58,743 nucleotides of DNA, taken from positions 1-58,743 of IMG/VR virus record IMGVR_UViG_3300032293_000861. One strand, written 5' to 3'. The notes beneath the pieces were generated by a model. The model saw only the letters and a program-made list of their open reading frames with translations, had not been told where the DNA came from and made no database searches. Shown here in pieces: positions 10,078-18,766 of this stretch. The stretch comes from a virus. Taxonomy: Duplodnaviria > Caudoviricetes. Every line of letters starts with the position of its first letter. The stretch's first letter is position 1. The translations under genes and the position numbers were made by a program.

Positions 10078-10176
10078 TTAGAACAACCAGTCCGCTAGTG
10101 CGATGGCGATTAACTGCCAGAGGCATACTCCGAAGAACACCATAACCTGTATCGGGAATCCTAAAGGTTCCTTCAT
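10078..10176 (-). CDS. small hydrophobic membrane peptide (32 aa, MKEPLGFPIQVMVFFGVCLWQLIAIALADWLF)
   Basis: ATGA overlap with the upstream stop; single hydrophobic helix; below the ORF-track cutoff. Confidence 0.55.
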   Translation of the reverse strand: MKEPLGFPIQVMVFFGVCLWQLIAIALADWLF

Positions 10177-10541
10177 CCGATCAGGTCATCGAGGTTAATG
10201 CCCGTGTCCAGCATGGCGAACAAGGCATCGTAAGCTTTCTTCATGTCCGTTGTCTGATGAGTCAAGTCGATCATCATGATGTGTCCGTCATAGGTTGGGA
10301 AACTTTCCCTGTATACTTCACACAACATAGCCCATTGGTTGAGGGTCATCGAAGTGTGATCAGACTTCCAGACACAGAAGGTGACCTCCGTGTCTGTTGG
10401 TGTTCCCACCAGAGATCCAGCTACCATCAGCCCCAACCCCCGAAGGAGATCGAACCGCTGGTCGATTGCCTTGTCGATCTCATCGTCATCCATGCCGAGA
10501 GATCCAGCGTCTTTACCGAAGAACAGAATACCTGCTGTCAT
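10173..10541 (-). CDS. hypothetical protein
   Basis: 122-aa ORF in the operon with an A-rich leader. Confidence 0.7.
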   Translation of the reverse strand: MTAGILFFGKDAGSLGMDDDEIDKAIDQRFDLLRGLGLMVAGSLVGTPTDTEVTFCVWKSDHTSMTLNQWAMLCEVYRESFPTYDGHIMMIDLTHQTTDMKKAYDALFAMLDTGINLDDLIG

Positions 10542-10574
10542 TTTTAAGTGTATGTTATTTGTTTGAGTTGTCTA

Positions 10575-12110
10575 TCACTTACGGTTCATCACAACGACCT
10601 CGCCGAAGGGATACTTGGTGTATCCTCCGGACCAGTCCAACCACATCACTGGATACTCAGGCATCACGATCCGTTTGAGATCATCGGAGTCTCCATCGGT
10701 CATGTAGATGAGACCCTCGCATTGAGGCACGGACTCCGCGACCCAGTCGAACCCCGGCTTGAGGCAAGTGCCACCACCGTAGTTGAGTTTAGCCGGGACC
10801 GATTCACCGGGGAATAACTCCCAAGTTTTGCCGATGTTGGTGGTGGTCTCAGCGAGGACAACCGACTCAGGCTTGAGTTCGTCAAGGAACCACTGCACCT
10901 CGCCCAGCATCTCCTCCACTGACGCGACAGGCACTGACCAGCTTACGTCGAAGAGGATCACAACCGACCCCATCTTCTTACGCCCACGCCCAGCGCAGAC
11001 CAGACCCGTGCTGGTGTAGATCGGAGCATTGAAGGGCTTGAGCCAGCCCTCCTCGACCCGCGCCTTGAACCAGTTGCGGACGAGATAGTGCCAGTCGCCC
11101 TGCTGCGGTCTCGCACGCTGCTCGATGGCAGCGGTGACTCCACCCATGGACCCTTCGCTACACCCTGCTGCTTCGTTGATCTGCTGTTGCAGCATCGCAT
11201 CCTCTGCGGCTTGCTCGATCTTGTTGGACACCTCATCGAGGGTCTCACCGGGATCGACATCGGGCTTGCGGGTATCCGCAGACCCAGTGCCTACCCAGTC
11301 CTTACCGAGGATATCAGCATCGGACTTACCAGCACCACCGTCACCGGAGTCACCGTCCCCATCACCGTCCCCGTCCCCGTCCCCATCACCGTCATCATCG
11401 GAGTCGGAGTCACCGGAGTCAGGCTTGGACTTGGACTTCTTGGGCTTGGACTTCTTAGGCTTGGAGTCACCGTCATCGGAGTCACCGTCATCATCGGAGT
11501 CACCGTCATCATCGGAGTCGGAGTCACCGTCATCGGAGTCACCGGAGTCACCTGACATACCGTCACCGGGATCATCGTCACCCTGCTGACCGGGAGCCAC
11601 GTTGATCGGAGGTTGCTGCTGTTGCTTCCGACTCTGGGCGAGCAGCACTTGATAGAGGGACTCAGCCGAGTGGTCACCCGCCAGCTTGGGATCGTCCAGC
11701 ACCCCATCGATGAGCGGGAATGGATCGAATGACAAGCCATGCTTCGCCCGTGCTTCCTTGTTGATGATGCGGATGATCGCGTTGATCACATAGTCCGCAG
11801 ACTGGTTGAACGTGTTATGGTCTGCGAGCTTGGCTCCACGCACCCCATGGTTGAAGATGGCATGGAGGCATTCATGCAAAAACAGGAACGCCGTGAGACC
11901 CACAGGGTCACTGGTCTTCTTGAGTTTCTCCAACCCGTCCCGGTTGAGATACATCTTCAACCCATCGGTCGCCCCGTAGGTGGTGAAGCTGCACCACTCC
12001 CAGATCAGACCCAATGCCCGGATGAAGGCGAAGGGTGCATACTTCTGTAGACGCCTCAAAGCCTGAGCCTCGATGCTGTTTCCTTGCGTTGTCACTTCTA
12101 TTTTATTCAT
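10575..12110 (-). CDS. DUF2201-type putative metallopeptidase + VWA-like domain protein
   Basis: ATDG motif, HECLH zincin motif, N-x-S-A-D-Y-V-I-N, acidic low-complexity linker, MIDAS-like DVSWS, GGGT and YMTDG motifs. Confidence 0.85.
   Translation of the reverse strand: MNKIEVTTQGNSIEAQALRRLQKYAPFAFIRALGLIWEWCSFTTYGATDGLKMYLNRDGLEKLKKTSDPVGLTAFLFLHECLHAIFNHGVRGAKLADHNTFNQSADYVINAIIRIINKEARAKHGLSFDPFPLIDGVLDDPKLAGDHSAESLYQVLLAQSRKQQQQPPINVAPGQQGDDDPGDGMSGDSGDSDDGDSDSDDDGDSDDDGDSDDGDSKPKKSKPKKSKSKPDSGDSDSDDDGDGDGDGDGDGDGDSGDGGAGKSDADILGKDWVGTGSADTRKPDVDPGETLDEVSNKIEQAAEDAMLQQQINEAAGCSEGSMGGVTAAIEQRARPQQGDWHYLVRNWFKARVEEGWLKPFNAPIYTSTGLVCAGRGRKKMGSVVILFDVSWSVPVASVEEMLGEVQWFLDELKPESVVLAETTTNIGKTWELFPGESVPAKLNYGGGTCLKPGFDWVAESVPQCEGLIYMTDGDSDDLKRIVMPEYPVMWLDWSGGYTKYPFGEVVVMNRK
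11336..11580 (-). repeat. in-frame 6/18-bp repeats encoding the Asp/Gly/Ser linker (DSDDDG, GD)
   Basis: Repeated TCGGAGTCACCGTCATCA and CCCGTC units. Confidence 0.85.
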
Positions 12111-12135
12111 GTCTTTTGTTTTGTTGGTTTAGTTA

Positions 12136-13026
12136 TCAGATACCAAGGTCACTGAGCGTTGACTCGATGGCGGCGCGACCTGCCTTGACCGACTCGATAG
12201 CAGCAGCCCGTTGAGCCGACTCTCCTGCGACCACGTAGTCACCCACTGGCAGGGTCTGGTCGAGCCTGTCACAGAGGGCATCGATCTCCTCGACACGGAA
12301 CCAGTTGCGCTCGCGGATCGACAGGACACGGTCACGGAGGTTGTCGAACCGTGCGCCCTTAATCCTCTTCGCATCAGTCCACTGAGCCACTGAGCCATCG
12401 ATGTAGTCCAACACATCTTCCAGATCACGGGTGAGGTTCTCGGTGTAGAACTCAGTGAACTGACGCTCCGACTCGATGCGGGTGCGGGTCGCGACCTCCT
12501 CGCCGAGGACGGCAAGAGTTTCCTGACTGAGGGGGGAGAACCCATCCAGCCACCTGATGCTGAAGGTCAGTTTTCTGATGTAGTCATCCGCAGTGGGCCA
12601 AACTAGGTTGTTGATGCCAACCAGTCCAGCAAGGTTCGCCTTGGCGGTATCCACGATGTCCCCCCACTGATCGCGGATGCGGTTGTGGAGGACAACCAAC
12701 GTCCCCTTGAGCTTGTCCTCCCCATCCTTGACGAGGGGGATGTTCTTGGCGGGGATGATGATCGTCCCCTCGATGGAGGTGGGTGTGCCACTATACTTAC
12801 GGCTCGTCTTGAGTTCCGTGCGGAACCCTTCGATGGCTGAGAGGCACTCGCCCACTGCGTTCCCCTTGCGGGGGATCATCGATGCCGTGATCTTGAAGGC
12901 GCGACGATCCGCACCACTTGACATCGCTATCTGTTCCTTCGTCTCCTTGAGGGAGAGCGTAGGGATCTGACGCGCCCCACTGAAGACAAGGGTGGAGAGC
13001 GAGGTGATTTCCATATTCAGTTTCAT
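12136..13026 (-). CDS. hypothetical protein of the AAA/VWA module (DUF3150-like position)
   Basis: 296-aa helical ORF between the MoxR-like ATPase and VWA genes; family assigned by synteny only. Confidence 0.6.
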   Translation of the reverse strand: MKLNMEITSLSTLVFSGARQIPTLSLKETKEQIAMSSGADRRAFKITASMIPRKGNAVGECLSAIEGFRTELKTSRKYSGTPTSIEGTIIIPAKNIPLVKDGEDKLKGTLVVLHNRIRDQWGDIVDTAKANLAGLVGINNLVWPTADDYIRKLTFSIRWLDGFSPLSQETLAVLGEEVATRTRIESERQFTEFYTENLTRDLEDVLDYIDGSVAQWTDAKRIKGARFDNLRDRVLSIRERNWFRVEEIDALCDRLDQTLPVGDYVVAGESAQRAAAIESVKAGRAAIESTLSDLGI

Positions 13027-13160
13027 ATCTTATCTAGTTTTCTATCCGGCTAGTTTAGGTTGACCCTCCGCCGCACCGGGGACGGTTGGGAGGGGAGGTG
13101 TTGATCCACCTATGCCACCACCTTAGCCCATCGGTGGGCTAAGGTGGCAGGGGAGGGGGA
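13027..13160 (-). ncRNA. structured intergenic element, type A copy 1 (TTAG/CTAA hairpin + small hairpin + CCCGGU pseudoknot + A-rich leader)
   Basis: Near-identical to 14301-14436; stems covary among copies. Confidence 0.7.
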
Positions 13161-14300
13161 TCACGCAGTCATCCAAGCCTTGACCCGCGCATCGGAGGTC
13201 AGGGACAGGAGCGGGTCACGGGAACCCAGATCAACGAGGTAGTCGCGCACCTCTTTGGAGCCACGATTATCAAGGGCGACCAACACCCGTTCGATGTAGG
13301 GGGCGAGACCACCTGCCAGTGCGAAGTAGGAGGGCGACTCCGCCGCACGGGACTGGTTCCTCGTCAAGCGGTGCGCTGCCACTGCCGTGCAGAACTCCGC
13401 CTGTTTTGCAGTAGGCAGTGAGGCGTGACCTGCCAGCACATTCTTGGCAGTGTCGATGTGCTTTGCCAGTGTCTGCGAGAACGCATAGCTGGCGGGTCCG
13501 GTGTTGGGTCCGAGGATACCTTGCAGCAGAAGCTGCATGACCTGCGGGTTGTCCCTATACTCAAAGTCAGGGTGAGTCGCCCTGCAAGCACCCTCATGTC
13601 CTCGCGGGGTGGGGTAGGGAACCCCATCCCAAGGGGTGACAGGGGCAGGGGACCAGTGACGCTCCACCTCTTGGGCATGGGTGGAGAACTTCAAGAACTT
13701 CGCATGATCCGACTCCCCAAGGATCGCACCCCGATCCGGCTCCGGGAAGGAACCAGACCGTGATGCGTTGCCGGAACCACCGTTCGCCCAGTCCATCCAG
13801 AAGTCGAGATCAGGCTCGACTAGGATGGTCACGCATCGTGTCACCATTGGCGCGGACAGCACCCGCACACTGGTGCTGTGCTTCCGCTGGTTCCCGGTGA
13901 TGACTGGCAAGACTCGCTTGCCGAGACGGTGTGTCCCGATCTTCGCGCCCTCACTATCAGCATCAAAGATGCCGTGGAACTCCGCGATGACTTCGTCCCC
14001 AGCGTTGGGGAGTTCGTCAATAGCGAACAGTGTGGGTTCGTCCCATGTTGGGAGATCCTCCGGGCAGGAGAATCTCATGGCTCCGGTCGAGGCATCGGGG
14101 ATGCCATAACCGATGACCTCCTGTGGGCCTTTGCCCACAGGGTTGAGCTTGTGGTATCTGGTGCAGCCGCACAAAGCCTGTGCGGTCTTGGTCAATGCGG
14201 TCTTACCGACTCCCGGCGCACCGAGGAGCAAAGGAGTGAGACCGCAGAGGTGGGAAGCACGGATCATGTCCGCGACGAGGGCAGTAGGGGTAGTATTCAT
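13161..14300 (-). CDS. MoxR-like AAA+ ATPase
   Basis: Walker A GAPGVGKT, Walker B LFAIDE, ITGN sensor, TPR motif. Confidence 0.88.
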   Translation of the reverse strand: MNTTPTALVADMIRASHLCGLTPLLLGAPGVGKTALTKTAQALCGCTRYHKLNPVGKGPQEVIGYGIPDASTGAMRFSCPEDLPTWDEPTLFAIDELPNAGDEVIAEFHGIFDADSEGAKIGTHRLGKRVLPVITGNQRKHSTSVRVLSAPMVTRCVTILVEPDLDFWMDWANGGSGNASRSGSFPEPDRGAILGESDHAKFLKFSTHAQEVERHWSPAPVTPWDGVPYPTPRGHEGACRATHPDFEYRDNPQVMQLLLQGILGPNTGPASYAFSQTLAKHIDTAKNVLAGHASLPTAKQAEFCTAVAAHRLTRNQSRAAESPSYFALAGGLAPYIERVLVALDNRGSKEVRDYLVDLGSRDPLLSLTSDARVKAWMTA

Positions 14301-14436
14301 ATCTTATCTTTTGTTTTATCCGGCAGGTTTGGTTGGTTGACCCTCCGCCGCACCGGGACGGTTGAGAGGGTAGGTGTTGAGCCACCTGTGCTACCACCTT
14401 AGCCCATCGGTGGGCTAAGGTGGCAGGGGAGGGGGA
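14301..14436 (-). ncRNA. structured intergenic element, type A copy 2
   Basis: Same hairpin and pseudoknot architecture as 13027-13160. Confidence 0.7.
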
Positions 14437-15012
14437 TCAGGCGACAGTAATCCAGTCGAAACGGAAGTCAGGGTGTCCTTCTTTCTTGGACATGATCGCG
14501 ACCGAGTTAGTGTCACCATCCCATTCGTAGTTGTCAGGATCAACGTCACCATAGTGTCCGTTCTCCATCATCCAAGCGTGCATGTCACAACCCATGACAT
14601 CCTGCCCTTCGCAGGTAACGAAGACATCAACGAGGGTCTCCACCCCCTCATCGAATCGGAAGAGATGCCACGCGAACTCAGAGTTGTCGCGATACCAATG
14701 GAACTTAGCCTCGTCGTTGATGCTCTCGACAGCATCGTTGAACTCCTCTTCCGAGAAGGGGAATGTGAGGGCGATAGGTCCAACCTCGACATCGGAACCC
14801 TCCACGATGCTGCCGATCATCAAGGCAGTGACGTTGAGGGGATCGAAACCCACCGGGGGAGTATCCTCGTAGTAAACTTCAGACCCATCTCTCAGCACGG
14901 CAGTAGTCCACGGACCACATTCGATAGCCTTGTAAAGAGATCGTCCGAATTGATAGAGGTTATCACTACCGAAGGACTTCAACAACTTGGGGAACGAACT
15001 GTGTTTTTTCAT
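14437..15012 (-). CDS. hypothetical protein (acidic)
   Basis: ORF 14437-15066; start moved to the ATG at 15012 after the AAAGAT leader. Confidence 0.75.
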   Translation of the reverse strand: MKKHSSFPKLLKSFGSDNLYQFGRSLYKAIECGPWTTAVLRDGSEVYYEDTPPVGFDPLNVTALMIGSIVEGSDVEVGPIALTFPFSEEEFNDAVESINDEAKFHWYRDNSEFAWHLFRFDEGVETLVDVFVTCEGQDVMGCDMHAWMMENGHYGDVDPDNYEWDGDTNSVAIMSKKEGHPDFRFDWITVA

Positions 15013-15166
15013 ATCTTTATCTTGTCTTTCATCCGGCAGGTTTGGTTGGTTGACCCTCCGCCGCACCGGGACGGTTGGGAGGGGAGGGCGGTAAACCCAT
15101 GCCGCACCGGGGATCGGACCCCGGTGCGGGTTGGAGCTACCACATGTAGCAGACTTTTAATTAAGG
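15013..15166 (-). ncRNA. structured intergenic element, type A copy 3 (pseudoknot kept, upstream hairpins replaced)
   Basis: 15031-15083 matches copies 1 and 2; a different GC-rich hairpin lies at 15102-15129. Confidence 0.65.
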
Positions 15167-15559
15167 TCAATTCTTTTTGGTGATGCTGTAGAGGTGCGTC
15201 ACCTTCCGTCGATCTCGCCCCCGGCACGGGTCAAGGTCAACGAGGACCAGTCCCGTAGGGGCAAGGAGCAGGGCATGACCCGTCACCCTCACCAACACTC
15301 CGACAAAGGCAGGGTCATGGATGGGGGTGGTCCTGAGCCATCGACAGAGGGTCGAGACCTCCCGTCCGAGGAACGGGGGGTTCCTGATCCATGTCACATG
15401 ATACAGGGTTCGGGATGCACGAACGATATCGGCTACAGTGTGGAGGTAGCGGACTCTGTGGGTAACTCCTAGGTAGTCGGTGATCGCGACCGCACAGGAG
15501 TTCCGGCGTGGGTCCACCCCATTGCTGGAGCGGACCAGTCGATGCCTATCTGGGGTCAT
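15167..15559 (-). CDS. hypothetical protein, possible papain-like Cys-His-Asp fold
   Basis: NSCAVAI ... VRVTGHALL ... VLVDLD spacing; start at ATG 15559 overlaps the upstream gene end. Confidence 0.5.
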   Translation of the reverse strand: MTPDRHRLVRSSNGVDPRRNSCAVAITDYLGVTHRVRYLHTVADIVRASRTLYHVTWIRNPPFLGREVSTLCRWLRTTPIHDPAFVGVLVRVTGHALLLAPTGLVLVDLDPCRGRDRRKVTHLYSITKKN

Positions 15560-15908
15560 TTGGTTGGATGAGGATCTCCTTCCCGGTGATGACCGCATAC
15601 TTCGCGGAGTGGATGGGTTCCCCCGATCCTACTATCTGGAAGGAGGGCATCGTGTATGGGTTGTAGGTGACTACGGTGGTGGGGTTGATCGGGTCTCCAG
15701 TTACGAGGACCAACTCACCTTCGATGAAGGCGTGGACGTTCTTCCGCTTCTCCCGTAGCACCCGTTGCCTCCCTGACTCAGACACCTTGAACCGGATGTT
15801 ATGGAGCGCGACTTGGGCAGCATGCCGCCATAGCCTCCACCCTTTAGGGGTCTTGTGCTGCACCGACAACTGATCACGGTGCAGGTTAAAGTAGACTCTC
15901 ACTTTCAT
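15546..15908 (-). CDS. conserved phage hypothetical protein (resembles the mycobacteriophage L5 gp82-like family)
   Basis: VYFNLH ... FKVSESGRQRVLREKRKNVHAF ... YNPY motifs, recognised from memory. Confidence 0.7.
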   Translation of the reverse strand: MKVRVYFNLHRDQLSVQHKTPKGWRLWRHAAQVALHNIRFKVSESGRQRVLREKRKNVHAFIEGELVLVTGDPINPTTVVTYNPYTMPSFQIVGSGEPIHSAKYAVITGKEILIQPNDPR

Positions 15909-15910
15909 GG

Positions 15911-16003
15911 TTATGGGAAGATGAGGTTGAGGATACTGTCTACGGACATCACGGCGATGAGTCCGAGTCCGATTACGATGGCTTCAATGATGTGCTTTAG
16001 CAT
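15911..16003 (-). CDS. small membrane peptide (30 aa, MLKHIIEAIVIGLGLIAVMSVDSILNLIFP)
   Basis: Directly follows a type B element leader; stop lies 2 nt before the next ATG. Confidence 0.65.
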   Translation of the reverse strand: MLKHIIEAIVIGLGLIAVMSVDSILNLIFP

Positions 16004-16107
16004 ACTTATCTATTCTTCTATTGGTTTGTTTGTTTAGTTGGGCGACTTACCCCTGCTGCCCACTTAGTGCAAGCTTGCACTAAATGGGCAGGGTGGGGTG
16101 CTTCACA
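16004..16107 (-). ncRNA. structured intergenic element, type B copy 1
   Basis: TTAGTGCAAGCTTGCACTAA hairpin, GGGCGA small hairpin and AACTAAAC A-rich leader. Confidence 0.65.
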
Positions 16108-16680
16108 TTAGGCACTCATCTCATCCGCGATGCGGCGGAAGGCATCCGCTACCTTGCGGCGGAGCAAGGCATCGATCTTGGAATCGATGTCGATGCCATC
16201 GACGATGCGGTCGATGATTTCACTTTCATCTACCTCGTAGTTCTCCACGATGCGATCCGTGACATCGTCCTCATCGATGCTGATACCACTTGTGAGATCA
16301 TCGATGATGCGGTCTTCGATTTCGCTGCAATCGGAGATGTTACTCTTCACATACTTTGTGATGTCATCCTCCACGTTGGTGACATCGAAGTTGTCTGCCA
16401 CATCCCGCACGATCTGGTCGCTGATGCCGTCAAGGTCCATCCCGTTATACATGATGTAGCTCATCACATCGTCCTGTGACAGGTCACGTGAGACATCATC
16501 CGCCAGACTCTGGCAGATCTCTTCGGTATTGATTTGATCTGACAGGGATCGTACCGCATGGGCCTTGATGCTTTCGATCAAGGTTCCGGGATCAGGGATC
16601 AGGATCTTGACGATCCCGGTGATGGCACGGGTGCGGAGGTTGGTGATGGTGGTGGTGATGGTGTTCTTGATGTTCTTCAT
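16108..16680 (-). CDS. acidic hypothetical protein with ~13-aa internal repeats (D..EI.DRI)
   Basis: 190-aa ORF with a TAGAT-ATG leader. Confidence 0.75.
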   Translation of the reverse strand: MKNIKNTITTTITNLRTRAITGIVKILIPDPGTLIESIKAHAVRSLSDQINTEEICQSLADDVSRDLSQDDVMSYIMYNGMDLDGISDQIVRDVADNFDVTNVEDDITKYVKSNISDCSEIEDRIIDDLTSGISIDEDDVTDRIVENYEVDESEIIDRIVDGIDIDSKIDALLRRKVADAFRRIADEMSA

Positions 16681-16829
16681 ATCTATTCTTCTTTTGTTTT
16701 GTTGGTTTGTTTAGTTGGGCGACTCGCCCCTGCTACCCATTTAGTGCAAGCTTGCACTAAATGGGCAGGGTGGGGTGCTTCACGGGTGTGCTGCTAATCG
16801 GGCATCAACTAGCAGCAAATTAGCAGGGG
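16681..16829 (-). ncRNA. structured intergenic element, type B copy 2
   Basis: Near-identical to 17273-17412, with an extra TGCTGCTA..TAGCAGCA hairpin relative to copy 1. Confidence 0.7.
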
Positions 16830-17012
16830 TTACAGGGTGACGGTCTCCGCCTTGATCTGGACGGTGAAGCCCAGTGCCTTGAGGGCATCGATGTCATGCC
16901 TGTCGATGGTGACCTTCTTGGTCAGGGTGCTGACCGCACGGGCGGTATCGGGGTCGTTGATGTAATACATCAAGTTTCCGTAGTTGCTTTTGGTGTGGAC
17001 GTAGATCGTCAT
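16830..17012 (-). CDS. small phage hypothetical protein (60 aa)
   Basis: MTIYVHTKSNYG...TLTKKVTIDRHDIDALKALGF; start moved to ATG 17012. Confidence 0.65.
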   Translation of the reverse strand: MTIYVHTKSNYGNLMYYINDPDTARAVSTLTKKVTIDRHDIDALKALGFTVQIKAETVTL

Positions 17013-17032
17013 GGGGTGTTGGGGTTGGGGGA

Positions 17033-17272
17033 TCAGACAGAGACGGTGTGGATGCGGGTTGACCCATTGATCCGCTTGCAATCCATCGTGCAAGTGGTGT
17101 CAGGGAGTAGTGACAACCGTTTCGCCAGCATAAACGCGGCGATTGAGTGGAGGTGGTCATCGCTATGCCTCCACGGCACTGTGTCACACAGACCATATGG
17201 CACGCTATACGTGACACGTGATGTCTCACAGGATGCGACGATGTTCCCCTTTTTCTTAGTGGTCTTGATCAT
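17033..17272 (-). CDS. hypothetical protein
   Basis: 79-aa ORF directly after an element leader ending TAGAT-ATG. Confidence 0.65.
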   Translation of the reverse strand: MIKTTKKKGNIVASCETSRVTYSVPYGLCDTVPWRHSDDHLHSIAAFMLAKRLSLLPDTTCTMDCKRINGSTRIHTVSV

Positions 17273-17412
17273 ATCTATTCTATTCTTCTATTGGTTTAGT
17301 TTAGTTGGGCGACTCGCCCCTGCTACCCTTAGCCCACGGATGGGCTAAGGGCAGGGTGGGGTGCTTCACGGGTGTGCTGCTAATTGGGTAGCAACTAGCA
17401 GCAAATTAGCTA
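17273..17412 (-). ncRNA. structured intergenic element, type B copy 3 (carries a type A inner hairpin)
   Basis: Type B flanks with a TTAGCCCA-CGGA-TGGGCTAA core. Confidence 0.7.
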
Positions 17413-18135
17413 TCAGTGTTGGGGATACAGGATCAGGGTCCGCCCACCTTGCGAGCAAAGCGTGCAACCACCCTTGCCGGAACCACACTTGATCTTGACG
17501 GGTCTCCTAAGAATCGTGGATGCGATGGCGGGGCAGACGCTCGCACCGGGATTGGCACGGGCAATCTCTTGGGCCTTGGCGAGGCGATCCCGCTTCGTCT
17601 TCCCGTCATACACGATGCGGGATGCGGGATCACCGGAGGCGAGGGAATCCATGGCGCGTTGGTCAGACTGTGCGGACTCCCTGACCACAAGGGTCAGGTC
17701 ATATGCTTTGGCAATGTCACGGAACCGCTCCGCCTTCTCCCGCGTTTCCACAGGGAAGTGAACCGGGACACCGGGAGGAAACGCCCGGACCAATCGCACG
17801 AAGGCAGCTTCCTCCGCAAGGGTGAGTTCACGATCCGGCACGGAGCCGAAGGTAGAGAATCGAATCCACGGGACCATGGTCCCCCTTGCAGATAGTCGCG
17901 CTATCTCTTCACGGTATGCATCGCAGAGCGGGGCAAACCCGTGGAGTCTTTTCCGTTCACCCGAGGTTTGGATGGACGGCTTCATCTTTTCGGTATGCAC
18001 TGCGTAGCAGACATTCTTGATGAGTGCCTCGCAGGTGGGTGAGCAATTCACCCCGCCGGATTCGGCGAAGTTAAGGGAGACAGCACCGGGGAGTGCCTTG
18101 CTGAATTCACCGAGTTTTGGTTTCCAGTTTTTCAT
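17413..18135 (-). CDS. Cys-rich protein, Gp88-like (radical-SAM-related Cys motif)
   Basis: CSPTC...CYA, IRFSTFGSVP, CPA...CGSGKGGCTLC and terminal YPQH; start at ATG 18135. Confidence 0.65.
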   Translation of the reverse strand: MKNWKPKLGEFSKALPGAVSLNFAESGGVNCSPTCEALIKNVCYAVHTEKMKPSIQTSGERKRLHGFAPLCDAYREEIARLSARGTMVPWIRFSTFGSVPDRELTLAEEAAFVRLVRAFPPGVPVHFPVETREKAERFRDIAKAYDLTLVVRESAQSDQRAMDSLASGDPASRIVYDGKTKRDRLAKAQEIARANPGASVCPAIASTILRRPVKIKCGSGKGGCTLCSQGGRTLILYPQH

Positions 18136-18281
18136 ATCTTCTTTTCTTTTGTTTTGTTGTATCCGGCAAGCTGTGTTGAACCTTCGCACCGCACCGGGAC
18201 GGTGCGAAGGGTAGGTGATGCACCTCTGCTACCCATTTAGCAAACGTTTGCTAAATGGGCAGGGTGGGGTGGGTCACAGGG
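18136..18281 (-). ncRNA. structured intergenic element, type A copy 4
   Basis: 12-bp stem with CCCGGU loop and downstream UGCCGGAU; TTAGCAAACGTTTGCTAA hairpin. Confidence 0.7.
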
Positions 18282-18581
18282 TCACGCGTGAGGGAAACCT
18301 CCGTCTCCTAGAAGGACTCCAAGGTCGATGCCTCCGTTCTCAGCGATGAATTGCTCCACCTTGTGAACGGGAACGTAGGCGTAGATGCCCCCATTAGACT
18401 CCCCATACTCTTCAAAGTAGGGCGGAGCGTCTCCACCTTGGATGAATCCAACTTCACATTCCGAGTAAGCTTGAGAGCAATCCTCCCGAGGTTCTGAGTA
18501 AACGAAGGAGTTCGCTTGAACGGAGAAGGAAACTCCGTTTTTGCACACAAGGCGACGGTTCAATTGGCGGGTCAATTTCAT
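18282..18581 (-). CDS. conserved phage hypothetical protein
   Basis: CKNGVSFSVQA...YSEPR...EVGF...IYAYVP motifs; start at ATG 18581. Confidence 0.7.
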   Translation of the reverse strand: MKLTRQLNRRLVCKNGVSFSVQANSFVYSEPREDCSQAYSECEVGFIQGGDAPPYFEEYGESNGGIYAYVPVHKVEQFIAENGGIDLGVLLGDGGFPHA

Positions 18582-18766
18582 ATGGTATTCTATTCTTCTA
18601 TCCGGCAAGTTTGGTTTGGTTCCTGCATCATGACACCGGGATCATGATGCAGGGTGCGGGGATCATTCCCCCTCCCATCCACTTAGTGCAAGCTTGCACT
18701 AAATGGGCGGGAGGGGAAACCCTGCTTAGTGCAAGCTTGCACTAAGCAGGGATCCGGGTGCGGGGA
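18582..18766 (-). ncRNA. structured intergenic element with two TTAG/CTAA hairpins and the pseudoknot (copy 5)
   Basis: 13-bp stem of unrelated sequence but the same CCCGGU loop and UGCCGGAU partner; hairpins at 18666-18718 and 18720-18751. Confidence 0.7.

Noticed and set aside
13027-18766. Intergenic repeats as a CRISPR array, classical integron attC sites, or known self-cleaving ribozymes
   Set aside because: They are separated by whole genes, there is no cas or integron integrase gene and no clear RYYYAAC/GTTRRRY box pair, and I saw no hammerhead (CUGANGA/GAAA) or HDV-like core.
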